In this document: positions 49,045 through 62,253 of the stretch, piece by piece
Layout of the letters: each line of letters begins with the position of its first letter
Numbering within the stretch: position 1 is the stretch's first letter
NCBI GenBank assembly: GCA_964016885.1
Contig: OZ024756.1
Coordinates: 13,268,001-13,332,000, forward strand
Direction of reading: 5' to 3'
Source of the DNA: Eledone cirrhosa
Lineage: Eukaryota
Length of the DNA stretch: 64,000 bases
Program-made: the position numbers and the translations under genes
The notes under the pieces: generated by a model
Database searches by the model: none
Told to the model about the DNA's origin: nothing
Seen by the model: only the letters and a program-made list of their open reading frames with translations

Positions 49045-50467
49045 ATATGAATAAACGAAACCAATTATACCCTGTTGACTTACACTTCTTATTTGTATAT
49101 ATATATATATATATATAGTTTAAGATGGTAGTATGGACGGAACAAGAGAAGAAAAGAAAACCTTCATCAGCTGTAAACCGGGATCAAGATGTTTCGGTGC
49201 TTAATACAGGACATCTCCCCACTGAAGTTAACAAAGAACTTACTAGATCTACGAAACCAAATCGTAAAATCATAATATTATGAAATTAAATGAAATTCTT
49301 TGCATGTTATATGGTGATGATGATGATATATATTAAAAGTTTAGCTCCAACTTAGTTGTATACATACATACAAGTATGTGAATTTCGTATCATCCTCATC
49401 ATCATCATTTCATTTTACGTCCGCTTTTTCCCTGCTTGCAAGGGTGGGACGGGAACTGATTCTGGCTTGATTTCTACAGCTGGATGCCCTTCCTAACACC
49501 AACCTCATTTACAGTGAGTGCTGGGTGCTTTTTGCCGTGGCACCTCCACGACCACTTTGCAGTGGAATGATAGGGACCCCAGTCCCTATCATCTCATTTC
49601 TACAGCTGAGTAAACTGGAGCAATGTGAAATAAAGTGTCTTGCTCAAGGAAACCACATCACCCAGTCTGAGAATTGAACTCACAACCTTTCGATTGCAAG
49701 GCCACTGCTCTAACCACTAAGCCATGTGCCTCCATTATCTAATGATATACGGTATGTTTAATAGAAAGTAAACAAAAAGAGGATTTGTGTTATGAACAAT
49801 CGATGAAATTCTATATTTCAACCTATTATTTGTCAACAACGTCTGCAATACAATAGCTGGAGTCAGTAATTTCTTTGATCATTCAACCAATCCTCCCTGA
49901 CACAAGAACTGGGAAAACATGTTTTCCTTTTCCCAACATGTGACACCATATAAGAAAGACGTTCACAATTTTATATTTCCTTTTAGGTCATTGTGCTTCA
50001 TTTTGTTTTATTTATATTCCCACAATTTCATCAGTGGAAGTCATAATGATTTTGTCTCAAAATTTGTAAAAATCATCATCACCATTTTTACGTCCGTTCT
50101 TCCACGCTAGCATGGGTTGGACGGGTTGTCCTGTTGTGGGCAGTGTCCGGTCGGCTGACCTTATCATGCTCATACGGGAACTGATTCTGGCTTGATTTCT
50201 ACAGCTGGATGCCCTTCCTAACACCAACCTCATTTACAGTGAGTGCTGGGTGCTTTTTTGCTGTGGCACCTCCACAACCTCTTTGCAGTGGAATGATAGG
50301 AACCCCAGTCCCTATCATCTCATTTCTACAGCTGAGTAAACTGGAGCAATGTGAAATAAAGTGTCTTGCTCAAGGAAACAACACATCACCTGGTCTGAGA
50401 ATTGAACTCCCAACATTTCGATTGCAAGGCCAATGCTCTATATATATATTTATTAAAATAACCGATT

Positions 50468-50566
50468 AAAGATTGAGCAAAGAATCGGTGCTTTCACCCT
50501 TAACGGGATCTTCAGAAGATCCCGTTCAGGGTGAAAGCAGCGATTCTTTGCTTAAACTTTAATCCT
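50468..50566. repeat. Fold-back palindrome centred on a hammerhead core
   Basis: ...GCTTTCACCCTTAACGGGATCTTC-A-GAAGATCCCGTTCAGGGTGAAAGC...; both strands read C(U/A)GAAGA-UCCC...GGGU-GAAA-GCA...UGC-UH. Confidence 0.8.
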
Positions 50567-51143
50567 TTATTTTGATAAATATTTGCTCTAGGGTTCTTAT
50601 ATATTTATCCTTATCGAGCCCTCTTTGGATTTTAGTCTTTGCATTTATTATTATTACTATATATATATATTACTATATACATTACTATATATATATATAT
50701 TATTACTATATGTATATATATGTATAATATATATATGGTATATATAATATATATATGTATAATATGTATATGTATGTATAATATATGTATGTATGTATAA
50801 TATATATATATATGTATAATATATATATATATATATGTGTGTGTCATCATCATCATCATCACCGTTTTACGTCCGTTCTTCCACGCTAGCATGGGTTAGA
50901 CGGGTTGTCCTGTTGTGGGCAGTGTCTGGTTGGCTGACCATGCCTTGCTCATACAGGAACTGATCTGGCTTGATTTCTACAGCTGGATGCCCTTCCTAAC
51001 ACCAACCTCATTTACAGTGAGTGCTGGGTGCTTTTTCGTGGCGCCTACACGTCCACTTTACAGTGTGGGCTGGGTGCTTTTTTGCCGTGGCACCTCCACG
51101 ACCACCTTGCGGTGGGGGGGGGGGGGCATATTGTTTATATGCT

Positions 51144-51602
51144 TCAGCATGTACCCATGGGAGGTCGGGTACCCTGTATTACTGCGTGACGCCAGAAGTC
51201 ACGGTCGTGTGTCATTGACTTTGAGAGGTGTAGTTGGGTAAGGTCGGCTTTTATCACCTCATCCCAAGTCATCTTGGGTCTCCCCACTCCGCGGTTTCCA
51301 TCAACTTCTAGTGCTCTGCACCTTTTTATGCAGCTGTCATCCTTCATACGCATCACATGTCCATACCAGCGTAACCGCCTCTCCTGCACGCAGCATTTGA
51401 TTCCTCTTATGCTCAGTCTCTCTCTCAATTCATTTATGCTTTGTCGTTCACGTATATTACTGTTACACATCCATCGGAGCATGCAGGCTTCGTTTCTCTC
51501 TAATCTACGTAAGTCTTCCACCTTCAGCGCCCAGGTCTCACTACCATGCAACATCGCTGTTCGGATACACGCATCATACAGTCTGCCTTTCATTCTGAGG
51601 GA
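51144..51602 (-). mobile_element. 5'-truncated RTE-clade LINE 3' end
   Basis: KGRLYDACIRTAMLHGSETW...RRLRWYGHVMRM...GRPKMTW, continuing into the 3'UTR shared with SINE family 2 tails (a further copy at 63630-64000). Confidence 0.9.
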
Positions 51603-51828
51603 ATGTGTATAATATATATATATATATTTATATATATATGTGTGTGTGTATAATATATATATATATATTTATATATATATGTGTAATATATATTTATATG
51701 TAATGAACTGGGTAATTGCTGGCCTTGTGCCTAAAGTAGAAACAAATATATATTTATATGTGTATAATATATATAAATTTATATATATATATATGTATAA
51801 TATATATATTTATATATATATATATATG

Positions 51829-51868
<40 letters not shown>

Positions 51869-51990
51869 GGTGTTGGTTGCTTAAAGCGTCCGTATGTAGT
51901 AGGCTGTTTGAGCACTCGATGCTCTCATAGAGAAGAATATGATATCACAGAAAAAAAGAGAATTAGTGTTGCGATGAATGGAATTTATTG

Positions 51991-52086
51991 GACATATTAC
52001 AATCGTTTCTCTGGCGACCAGCTTGAGGCACGATCAATGTGATGATCGAACCTGACTCTGAAAATCGCAAGGTCCTCAGATACGTC
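51991..52086 (-). ncRNA. Type I hammerhead ribozyme with a long helix II
   Basis: GACGUAU-CUGAGGA-CCUUGCGA...UCGCCAGA-GAAA-CGAUUG-UA-AUAUGUC; 7-bp helix I; AAUAAA immediately downstream. Confidence 0.75.
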
Positions 52087-52850
52087 TTGATTCTACGAAG
52101 CAGATTTTCCTAATGTCCTTTTACATCACTATCCTTCACCTGTTGGCTTAGATCCTGTTGTTGTTCTCATTCCATGAGTGGTCAAGAATTGTACACGTTA
52201 TCGATATTTCTAGCCACTCATGGTTGTCCACTATTTGGTTCTTTTCATTCTCCACCTGTCAATCAAATTTGTTTCTTAGATCGTAATTACTACTGCAGTA
52301 GGTAAGGGGTTGTATGCGTGAACTGCTGGCGGGCACTTCAACGTCTTCACTGTCTTTAGGTGCCCTCGTCTACACTGATCACGTACACACTCGCAACTGT
52401 ATTTTATGCGACAATCACAGTAAATAATGCTTGGATGGAATTTTTAAAACAAATTAGAAAAATATTTAGCATAACGTCTCAAGAACACAGCCTCAGAATA
52501 CCTTAAAACATACATATTTCAAAGAGAAAAAAACTCTGTACAAAGAAAGTTTTTAAATGAATGCTTGGAACAGCCTTTCAAAAAAAGTTATTTCGAAGGT
52601 ATTTTTGATAAATATACACATATCTACACCCACACACAAGCACAATAACAACAAACACATATAAACACACACTAGTAAACTAAGATAGAATACAATAACC
52701 AAAACACAGTCACCCAAACGCGAACACACACCAAACACTATACACACACGCAAACGCATGCGCAGAGAAGAAGACATAAATAAATAAATAAATAAACAGA
52801 TAAAATAAAAATGGCATAGACATACAATACAACAGGAGGAACACAATAGT

Positions 52851-52892
52851 ACCACTGATGATGTTGCAGATGTGCAACGAAAGAACTTTGTT
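52851..52892 (+). ncRNA. Degenerate minimal hammerhead candidate
   Basis: CUGAUGA-U-GUUGCA(GAUG)UGCAAC-GAAA; helices I and III pair poorly. Confidence 0.45.
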
Positions 52893-54185
52893 AGACTATA
52901 TATATGTATCTATATTATATCTGTATTTTTGACCGTTGGTCAGTCAATGATAAACATTGAGGACCAAATGAATTAACTGTGGAGATATAAGAGATACAGA
53001 AGCGAAAACCAACCAAACAGTGAATGTGTTCTGTTATTATTTCTTGCAATATTATTACAATATGACCCTCCCCAAGTATAACAATATTTGTTTCGACACA
53101 CGATTTCATATCAAAAACCTCGCAAAACAAATTCATCGCCATCATCATATATATATATATATAATCATAAAATATTAAACAAATAATGAATAAACAATTT
53201 CTTATATTAAACAAAAAAAGTTCATTATTTAACGATCGTTTCTAGGATAGAAGACGGCGTATATATGTGTTGGTATGTATATTTAATCTTGATAGTTTGT
53301 ATAATTTTGTATAATTTTGTACATAGATCTGTTGAATATGCATGCCAACTCTAACACATATATATCCTAGAAACGATCGTTAAATAATGAACTTTTTTTG
53401 TTTAATATAAGAAATTGTTTATTCATTATTTGTTTAATATTTTATCTTGACTCTGTATACCGTTTATCTTTCACCGAAAGTGATTTTTCATTACATCTCT
53501 TCTTTCCATGATATCCGGAATACATTGAGTTCTTCATACGGATTGGACACTACCGTAAACTCTTGGTAGATTTATCTACATATATAATCATATATATATT
53601 TATATATATATATGTGTATAATATATATATTTATATATATATATAATTATATATATATATTATACATATGTATATATATAAATATATACATTCTTCGGTT
53701 TGTTGTTTTTTTCACTGTTTTCTCTTTTCCCTTTTTCCCTTCTCTCCCTCCTCTGTTTTCCCAATAACTTACCTGGTTATTGAATGCCCTGGGGGTAGAT
53801 ATATTGTCTTTAAAGCGTTGAAATATCTGAGACCCCAGGAGACAACTGCCCCCCCCCCCCCCCGTTCTTACTCTCATTCCATTTTTAAGCCTACCTTAAC
53901 CAGCAACTACACAGCCACCCTATTCTCCATATCAACCACACAAAACACCAATTAAACCAGGCTATAAGATTAAAAGGCAACTATGAAGAAATAATAGATA
54001 AATAAACGACAGCCATCTATTCGCGATCAACAGCTATAGAATATTTACCCAGCATTTCAGTAGCATGTGGAAATCGATTAAATATAGCATCAACCATACA
54101 CAATTAGGTATAAAATTAAAGTTAGAAGAAAAAATGTATATAAACATACCAGGATTACGTTATTATATATATATATATATATATT

Positions 54186-54741
54186 CTAGGGCGGGTAAAA
54201 TTCCCGAGATCCATGGACGAGTTCTCTCCAGCGGTCTCTGCCCCTCATTATCGCTGCCATGTCCTGCGTCTCCAACAGACCAGTGTCTGTCCTTAGGGCA
54301 TCAACATATGTTAACCTTGGTCTTCCTCTTCCAGTGTGTCCATGTAGGGGCTCCCACAGGAGCACTGAGTGCAATGTCAACTCTACATTGGGAATACGGA
54401 AGATGATGTGGTTGAGAGGAATGCAAAGCCTGGGCAGCATGCCACAGCTTGAGATCGCTGTGGAAGTCAGACCTTCGTAAAGACCTGAAAATCCGCCTCT
54501 TCATTGCTGTAGTGGAGTCTGTGCTGCTGATCGGGTCTGAGACTTGGACACTGACCAAGAAACTCACTCAGATGGTGGATGGGTGCTACACAAAAATGCT
54601 GAGGATGGCTCTGAACATTAATCAGTATACACTGAGGATGAAAAACTCAGAGCTGTATGGGAGCCTCCCAAAAGTCAGCTCAAAAGTGACACAGAGGAGA
54701 CTGAGGTTAGCTGGACATGCTCACCGGCATCCAGAGTTGAC
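54186..54741 (-). mobile_element. RTE/RTEX-clade LINE insertion with an inverted 5' part
   Basis: 3' piece on minus (54186-54384: ELTLHSVLLWEP...GRPRLTY) and the upstream piece on plus (54385-54741: ...GSETWTLT...LAGHAHRHPELT). (TA)n lies on both flanks. Confidence 0.85.
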
Positions 54742-54884
54742 ACATATATATATATATATATAGACACATATACATGCATACACACATCATACATACATAC
54801 ACACGCACAAACACTCATACACACATATAAATACATATATAAATATATACATTCACATACACATATATACGTATATACACAAGT

Positions 54885-55500
54885 GCTCATTCCATTGCAC
54901 AGATGGTTCTATAGAAATAGTGGACAGCTTCCGTTACCTGGATGACAAAATCAGGAGTGGGGGAGGGTGCTCTGAAAGTACAGTAGCTAGAGTCAGAACG
55001 GGATGGAAAAAGTTCAGAGAGCTTATACCACTATTGGCCGCTAAAGGGTTCTCTCTAAAAATGAAAGGCAGGCTGTATGATGCCTGCATACGAACAGCAA
55101 TGTTACATGGCAGTGAGACCTGGGGATTGTGTGCAGAGGATATACGCAGACTGGAGAGAAACGAAGCTTGCATGCTCCGTTGGATGTGTAATAGTAATAT
55201 ACGTGAACGGCAAAGCATAAACGAACTCAGGGAGAAATTAGGGATAAGAGGGATCAGATGTTGTTTACTCGAAAGAAGACTACGTTGGTATGGTCACGTG
55301 ATGCGCATGAAAGACGACAGCTGTATAACAAAGTGCAGGGCAATAAAGATAGACGGTAGCTACGGAGTAGGCAGACCCAGAAAAACCTGGGACGACTTGA
55401 TAAATTCCGACCTCACACACTTACACCTCTCCAAGACAATGTCACTGGACTGATATCTTTGGCGCTACACAGTAATAGAGAAGACCCGCCTTACCTAAGT
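54885..55500 (+). mobile_element. RTE-clade LINE 3' fragment (another degenerate one at ~57805-58180)
   Basis: VDSFRYL...ARVRTGWKKFREL...GSETW...RRLRWYGHV...GRPRKTW. Confidence 0.9.
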
Positions 55501-56228
55501 ACAAAGTGAAACCTACTACAGTCAGTAGGCACCTCTAACAAAATACACCCCCGTCCCACTACCCACACGCCATCCACACCACCCCTTTCAATGTAAAGTT
55601 ATGTTGGTGTCACAACATCCAGCCCGAAACAAATGAGGTCGTGTAGGTGTCACGACAAAAAACACACACAGTCCACGCTGTAATGTGGCCGTGTAGGTAA
55701 CACGGTAAAAACCTCCCAGTTCCACACTGTAAATGTGGTTGGTGTTAGGAAGGGCATCCAGCCGTAGAAAACCCACCAGACAGTCCTATGCGAGCAAGAC
55801 AACTACTCTTGCCTCAAGTGGGAAAACTCCCGTCCAGACCCATGCAAGCGTGGAATATGGACGTTAAACGATGATGATGATGATGATGATATATATGTAT
55901 AATATATATATATATATATATACTTATATATATACGTGTGTATAACATATATATATATTTATATATATGTGTAATGTATATAAACATCCTGTTGATTTAT
56001 GAAACATTTGGAAATTAGAAGTTTGACAATGTAGCAGCCACAATGCATTGATTATAATATTTGATAACTATAAATAATAGTTGAATAATTTGGGTGCCTC
56101 TGTCCATTTTTTTTCAGCTTAATTTTCTCAACTATTATTTAAGGAATCATTATTATAGTTATCTGCATTGTGGTGACTATATTTTCATATATATATATAT
56201 ATATGTGAACTAATGGAATTGTATATAA

Positions 56229-56456
56229 CCCTTTAGCATTTAAACTGGCCATATCTGGCCATATCCGGCCAGAATTCTCTCACCACTTTCTGTTCAAACT
56301 GGCCATAACCAGGTGCTCATACTTATGTTAAGGTTTTGTTCTCAAAATAAATATCAAAATCTCATAGATTCGATTTTATGTGAGATATTTATGTGAAATA
56401 AGATGTTTACTGTGAAGATATAATAGTAAATATAGAGTAATGTAAATGCTAAAGGG
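56229..56456. mobile_element. piggyBac-like MITE (partial inverted copy at ~39775-39975)
   Basis: TIRs CCCTTTAGCATTTA / TAAATGCTAAAGGG; flanks ATAA / TTAA. Confidence 0.7.
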
Positions 56457-56484
56457 TTAAACACATGGTAAGCAAAAGCACAAA

Positions 56485-56553
<69 letters not shown>

Positions 56554-57296
56554 CTTATTTTTTTATATATATATATATTTATTTTGTGCTTTTGCTTACC
56601 ATGTGTTTGTTTATTTATTTTTATTTGTGTTTTTTTTCCTCTTTTGTATTGCTGTCAACTTGCTAATTTTTTCTTTTTCTTTTTTTTTTTTTTAATTTGA
56701 CTTTATTTTTTACTTTTATTTATTGATTTCTTGTATATGTATTTTGTCTTTGTATGGTGATGTGACTGCACATGGTCGTTTATTTATTTTTATATATTTA
56801 TTTATATAATTTTATATATAAATATATATATATGTATATATATGTATGTGTATATATATATGTGTGTGTTTGTGCATTTATGTGTATGTGTATGTATATG
56901 TGTATATATACATGTAAATATATATGTATGTGTGTGTGTTTATATACTTATATATTTATTATCTTTTTGTCTTCTTCCTTCAGCCTCTCTTTCATATTCC
57001 TTATATTTTTGTTTTCAAATCCACATTCAATAAGGATTTTTTCATTCTGATGACTGAAAGCAGATTTGTTTGCTTTCAAGAACCCACTGGTAAATGAAAT
57101 AATTATCTTATGTTGTTTATTACATAACTATTAAGCTCTGTAACCTACATAGAGCACTCTTTTTTCCTGGACCTTTCCGACGGAATTACTTCATTTATAT
57201 ATATACATATAAAGAAATTCGTTTTTAAATATAAAATCTGGAAAGGTGTAGGTATGCATTTTTTAAAAATGTAAACAAAATTCTATGGACTTCTTG

Positions 57297-57340
57297 TTGA
57301 TTCTGATGAGTCCCATGAGGATGGAACAATTGTAAATTAG
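57297..57340 (+). ncRNA. Minimal type I hammerhead with one core substitution
   Basis: UGAUU-CUGAUGA-GUCC(CAUGA)GGAU-GGAA-CAAUUG-UA-AAUUA; GAAA is changed to GGAA, so it is probably inactive. Confidence 0.6.
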
Positions 57341-58297
57341 ATTATCATATACATAAGTGTTTGGTAACATATTTCCACTAACACAATTGAGATTTCCTAT
57401 GTGAAGGAATACAACTATCAACACTGCTTCTGCTACTACCACCTCTCTATCTATACACAAGAGTTCATTTTAGAGTCTCCTTCTCAACAAGGAAGATGCA
57501 AAAAACTTAATTATAAATCTTTAATTTTTAGTTTTTAATCCTTATTAATTCTTTTTAATTGTAATACTCAACATTTGATAAGATGAATTTTACCAATACA
57601 TCAAAACCGGTAATACTTTATATACTTTATATACATTATAAAACTCTTTTTTTTAAAGAATTGTCCCTCTCATTTTTTCAATAATGCCATTTTGATGAAT
57701 CAAAGAAAAGGAAAAAAAAGAAAAACAGACCCATAAATATATTTTCAGTGCTATTTCCAATTTCCAATCTCACCTTTTCTCTATAACCACTGTTATCTGT
57801 TTGAGTACAGCAATGCTACATGGAAGCAAAACATGGGCTCTGCCCTCTATGGGGATTGGAAAGAAATGAAGCCTGCATGATCAGATGGATGTATAACAGT
57901 AGTGTGCGTGAAAGACAGTGTAAATGTATTGAGAGCGAAACTGGGCGTAAGAGGAATCAAATGTTGTGTGCAGGAGAGAAGACTGCAGTGGTATGGACAT
58001 GTGATGTGCATGAAGGATGACAGCTATATAAAAAGGTGCAGCGCTTTAGAGGTTGTAGGATGCCCCAAAAATGGAAGACTCAGGAAGATTTGGGATGAAA
58101 TGATAAAAGCTGACCTGGCTCAGCTGAACTTCCCAATGAAGATGATACCGGATTGGGTTGATGGCAGGCCCACCTAGTAACATGGCTCCTTTTATGAGTA
58201 AGGCTTGGCAAGCCCAACTGGCCCAACCTCCCTCATAAACTATGGTTTTACTGTGGGCAGAGTACAGTGTGGTTAACTAGCCTGTCCCTTCTCATAA

Positions 58298-58660
58298 CAG
58301 TGCCGTACAGTTACAGACTGTAAATGTGGTTGCAGCTCCCAAACTATGGGTCCAGTGAGAGAAGAGCCAGACTTGTCTCATGATATGGACCACCTGTCTA
58401 ACCCATGCAAGCATGGAAAGTGCCGTACAGTTACACACTGTAAATGTGGTTGCAGCTCCCAAACTATGGGTCCAGTGAGAGAAGAGCCAGACTTGTCTCA
58501 TGACATGGACCACATGTCTAACCCATGCAAGCATGGATAATGCCGTACAGTTACACACTGTAAATGTGGTTACAGCTCCCAAACTATGGTTCCAGTGAGA
58601 GAAAAGCCAGACTTGTCTCATGACATGGACCACCTGTCTAACCCATGCAAGCATGGAAAA
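58298..58660. repeat. 3 x 120-bp tandem repeat derived from an RTE/SINE 3' tail
   Basis: Unit contains CACACTGTAAATGTGGTT...TCTAACCCATGCAAGCATGGA and the array ends in the (TGA)n tail. Confidence 0.85.
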
Positions 58661-60644
58661 TGAATGTTAAATAGTGATGATGATGACACATACATATACT
58701 ATAATAAAGTTAAATCTATACATATATAAAATATATTGATTCAGTTACTCAACAAAGGAAGTTCAGTGAACAATTAGTACAGAACATTATACAAATTTGT
58801 ATATATATATATATCATCATCATCATCATCATCATCATTTTACGTCCGCATATATATATACAAATTATATATATATATATATATACAAATTTGTATAATG
58901 TTGTGAGTTCAATTCTCAGACTGGGTGATGTGTTGTTTCCTTGAGCAAGACACTTTATTTCACATTGCTCCAGTTTACTCAGCTGTAGAAATGAGATGAT
59001 AGGACTGGGGTCCCTATCATTTCATTGCAAAGTGGTCGTGGAGGTGCCACGGCAAAAAAGCACCCAGCCCACACTGTAAAGTGGACGTGGAGGCGCCACG
59101 GAAAAAAAAGCACCCAGCACTCACTGTAAATGAGGTTGGTGTTAGGAAGGGCATCCAGCTGTAGAAATCAAGCTAGAATCAGTTCCCGTCCCACCCTTGC
59201 AAGCAGGGAAAAGCGGGCATAAAATGATGTTGATGATGATGATATATATATATATATAACTGAGAAAGTGTGAGAGTTGATGAGAGAAAAATAATAAAGG
59301 AAAAATGCTGGAAACCTATGTAGAAATAAATTTGAAAAGTTAAAAATCAGGTGCAATTATCATTATCTCCGTTTGATGTCCATTTTCCCACATTAGTAGG
59401 GATTGGAGCTTTATTGGGTTAAAGCTGCAGTAATATGCAGAGAATGAGAATATTTCTGGGGAATTGTGAAGTGTTGAAAAATTCTTTTATATAATCAGGC
59501 AATTGTAAAGATTTGAAAACGTTAGACTATGTTATTATTTTTAACGGCCCTTGCCATTCTGAGTTCAAATCCCGCCGAGGTTAACTTTGCCTTTCATCCT
59601 TATGGGGTTGATAAAATAAAGTACCAGTAATACACTGGGTAATTGCTGGCCTTGTGCCAAAAGTAGAAACAATTATTTTTTATTGTGGGATCAGGACTTT
59701 TAATTAGTGAGAGTGTGTGACTTTTCAATAACAGATCTAACCTGACTCGCACTAGAATGATCTTTCAGTGTTTTATCATAATCTTCTTCTTCTTCTCCTC
59801 CTCCTCCTCCAAAATTCAAACAATATTACTATCATGTGCATTTGGTGTCTATATAACGTTATATAAGAAACTAATACATATATCATGTCCATTTGGATCC
59901 CTAAGCAAAATCAGTTGAGGCCATAGATGTTATCCAACCAATCTGCTCGGGGTCTACCCCTGGGTTTCTTGCTGGCTGGTTTTTACCCATAAAATCTGTC
60001 CAGTGATTGTTTTATGTTAAGTAGTTTGCATATTTATTAAGGTTCTTTTTTTTCTTTAGTATGAGGCTCTTCTTAGTTCTACACAACCCGGAATGTTTTC
60101 TCGGATTTCTACAAGGTGTCTCAAAACTCGTTAGGACTATTTTAAATTATAATATATATAAGAATGGTCTCGTGACTTTTGGGCCACCCTGTATATGGTA
60201 AGAATTTCTTGGGAATCTTTCACTTGACATTGGAATCACTACCATGTTCTTTCAAACTAGTTTTATTGCAGTCCATATGTTTATATTTCTGAAGAGAGAG
60301 ATATGGTTGAAGTATCATTGTTTCAATTGGGTCTCCCCTACCCCTACATAGTTTTATGCATTTTGTTAAGGTTTCTTTTGACAAAGGTGATTTTTGTTTT
60401 ATATTTAATCGCTAGCCTATCTTTATGATGGTACGGAATGATTTTAGAGAAGCACCGTGCCACTGCGATTCCACAGCCATTTGTACATTTGACATAAACT
60501 TCAGACAGAATCACTGCGGTGTTGTAATTCTACAGATATAACTTTCAGACAGAAACAGTGTGCTGCTCTGTGACAAGGATGACCATTTCAGTTACAGGCA
60601 CATTGCATTCAATGAGCTTATATTTAGTCTCTGTCTCTCAACCC

Positions 60645-61078
60645 CCCCCCCCTACACACACACACTCACCTCAGTGGGATCCAACTGGAGACCACATTGC
60701 CCCCCCCCCCTCACACACACACACTCACCTCAGTGGGATCCAACTGGAGACCACATTGCCCCTTCCCCCTCACACACACACACTCACCTCAGTGGGATCC
60801 AACTGGAGACCACATTGCCCCCCTCACACACACACTCACCTCACTGGTATCCAACTGGAGACCACATTGCCCCCCCTCACACACACACATTCACCTCTGG
60901 GATCCAACTGGAAACCACATTGCCCCCCCCCCCCCCCCTCACTGGGATCCAACTGGAGACCACATTGCCCCCCCTCACACACACACACCCTCACCTCAGT
61001 GGGATCCAACTGGAAACCACATTGACCCCCCCCCCCCTCACTCACTTCAGTGGGATCCAACTGGAGACCACATTGCAC
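60645..61078. repeat. ~55-bp minisatellite (8 units) with variable C and CA tracts
   Basis: Core CAGTGGGATCCAACTGGAGACCACATTGCCCCC. Confidence 0.9.
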
Positions 61079-61079
61079 A

Positions 61080-61645
61080 AGGCACAAGGCACAAGGCCAG
61101 TAATTTGCGGGGAGGGGAAAGTCGATTAAATCGACCCCAGTGAATTACTGGTACTTTATTTTATCGACCCCGTAAGGATGAAAGGCAAAGTTAACTTTGG
61201 TAGAATTAATAATAATAATAATTGTTTCTACTTTTGGCACAAGGCCAGCAATTATCCCAGTGTATTACTGGTACTTTATTTTATCGACCCCGTAAGGATG
61301 AAAGGCAAGGGTAACTTTGGTAGAATTAATAATAATAATAATTGTTTCTACTTTTGGCACAAGGCCAGCAATTACCCCAGTGTATTACTGGTACTTTATT
61401 TTATCGACCCCGTAAGGATGAAAGGCAAAGTTAACTTTGGTAGAATTAATAATAATAATAATTGTTTCTACTTTTGGCACAAAGCCAGCAATTACCCCAG
61501 TGTATTACTGGTACTTTATTTTATCGACCCCGTAAGGATGAAAGGCAAAGTTAACTTTGGTAGAATTAATAATAATAATAATTGTTTCTACTTTTGGCAC
61601 AAGGCCAGCAATTATTCCAGTGTATTACTGGTACTTTATTTAATT
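61080..61645 (-). repeat. 120-bp tandem array made from the SINE family 1 body and tail
   Basis: Unit TACTGGTACTTTATTTTATCGACCCCGTAAGGATGAAAGGCAAAG...TTGGCACAAGGCCAGCAATT, ~4.5 copies. Confidence 0.9.
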
Positions 61646-61943
61646 TAATTATTGTTGATTTCAATAACCTCTGTAATTTATTTACATTATTCTTAACTCT
61701 GAAGCCGAGAATCATGCGGTTTCCTAAATAGAATTTTAGTCTACGACCTCTTTTATACCATAAACGTGGTTTTGTCTTTGCGTGTAATTGTTCTCACCAC
61801 TCCAAATAACGACGTATTATCTTTGTTTTTTTCCGTTCTTTGCCAGGGAACGTCTCCACGAACCAAAGTATCGTCTTCCTGTCTTCCTTTGGTTGCAATG
61901 TTTTTCGAAATATTTACTTCTGCGTTCACAGATTGACTTTGTT

Positions 61944-61994
61944 AGTTTCAGAAGATCCCGTTAAGGGTGAAAGCAGCGATTCTTTGCTTAAACT
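61944..61994 (+). ncRNA. Type I hammerhead-like motif with a variant core (CAGAAGA)
   Basis: AGUUU-CAGAAGA-UCCC(GUUAA)GGGU-GAAA-GCA(GCGAUUCUU)UGC-UU-AAACU; ends in (TA)n. Confidence 0.6.
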
Positions 61995-62005
61995 TTAATC
62001 TGTTA

Positions 62006-62153
<148 letters not shown>

Positions 62154-62253
62154 TAAATCTACCAAAAGTTTACGGTAGTGTCCAATCCGTATGAAGAACT
62201 CAATGTAATCCGGGTATCATGGAAAGAAGAGATGCATTCAGAAATCGCTTTCG

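Noticed and set aside
49150-49225. GAAAC...CUGAUGA on the minus strand
   Set aside because: The helices could not be closed in any hammerhead topology.
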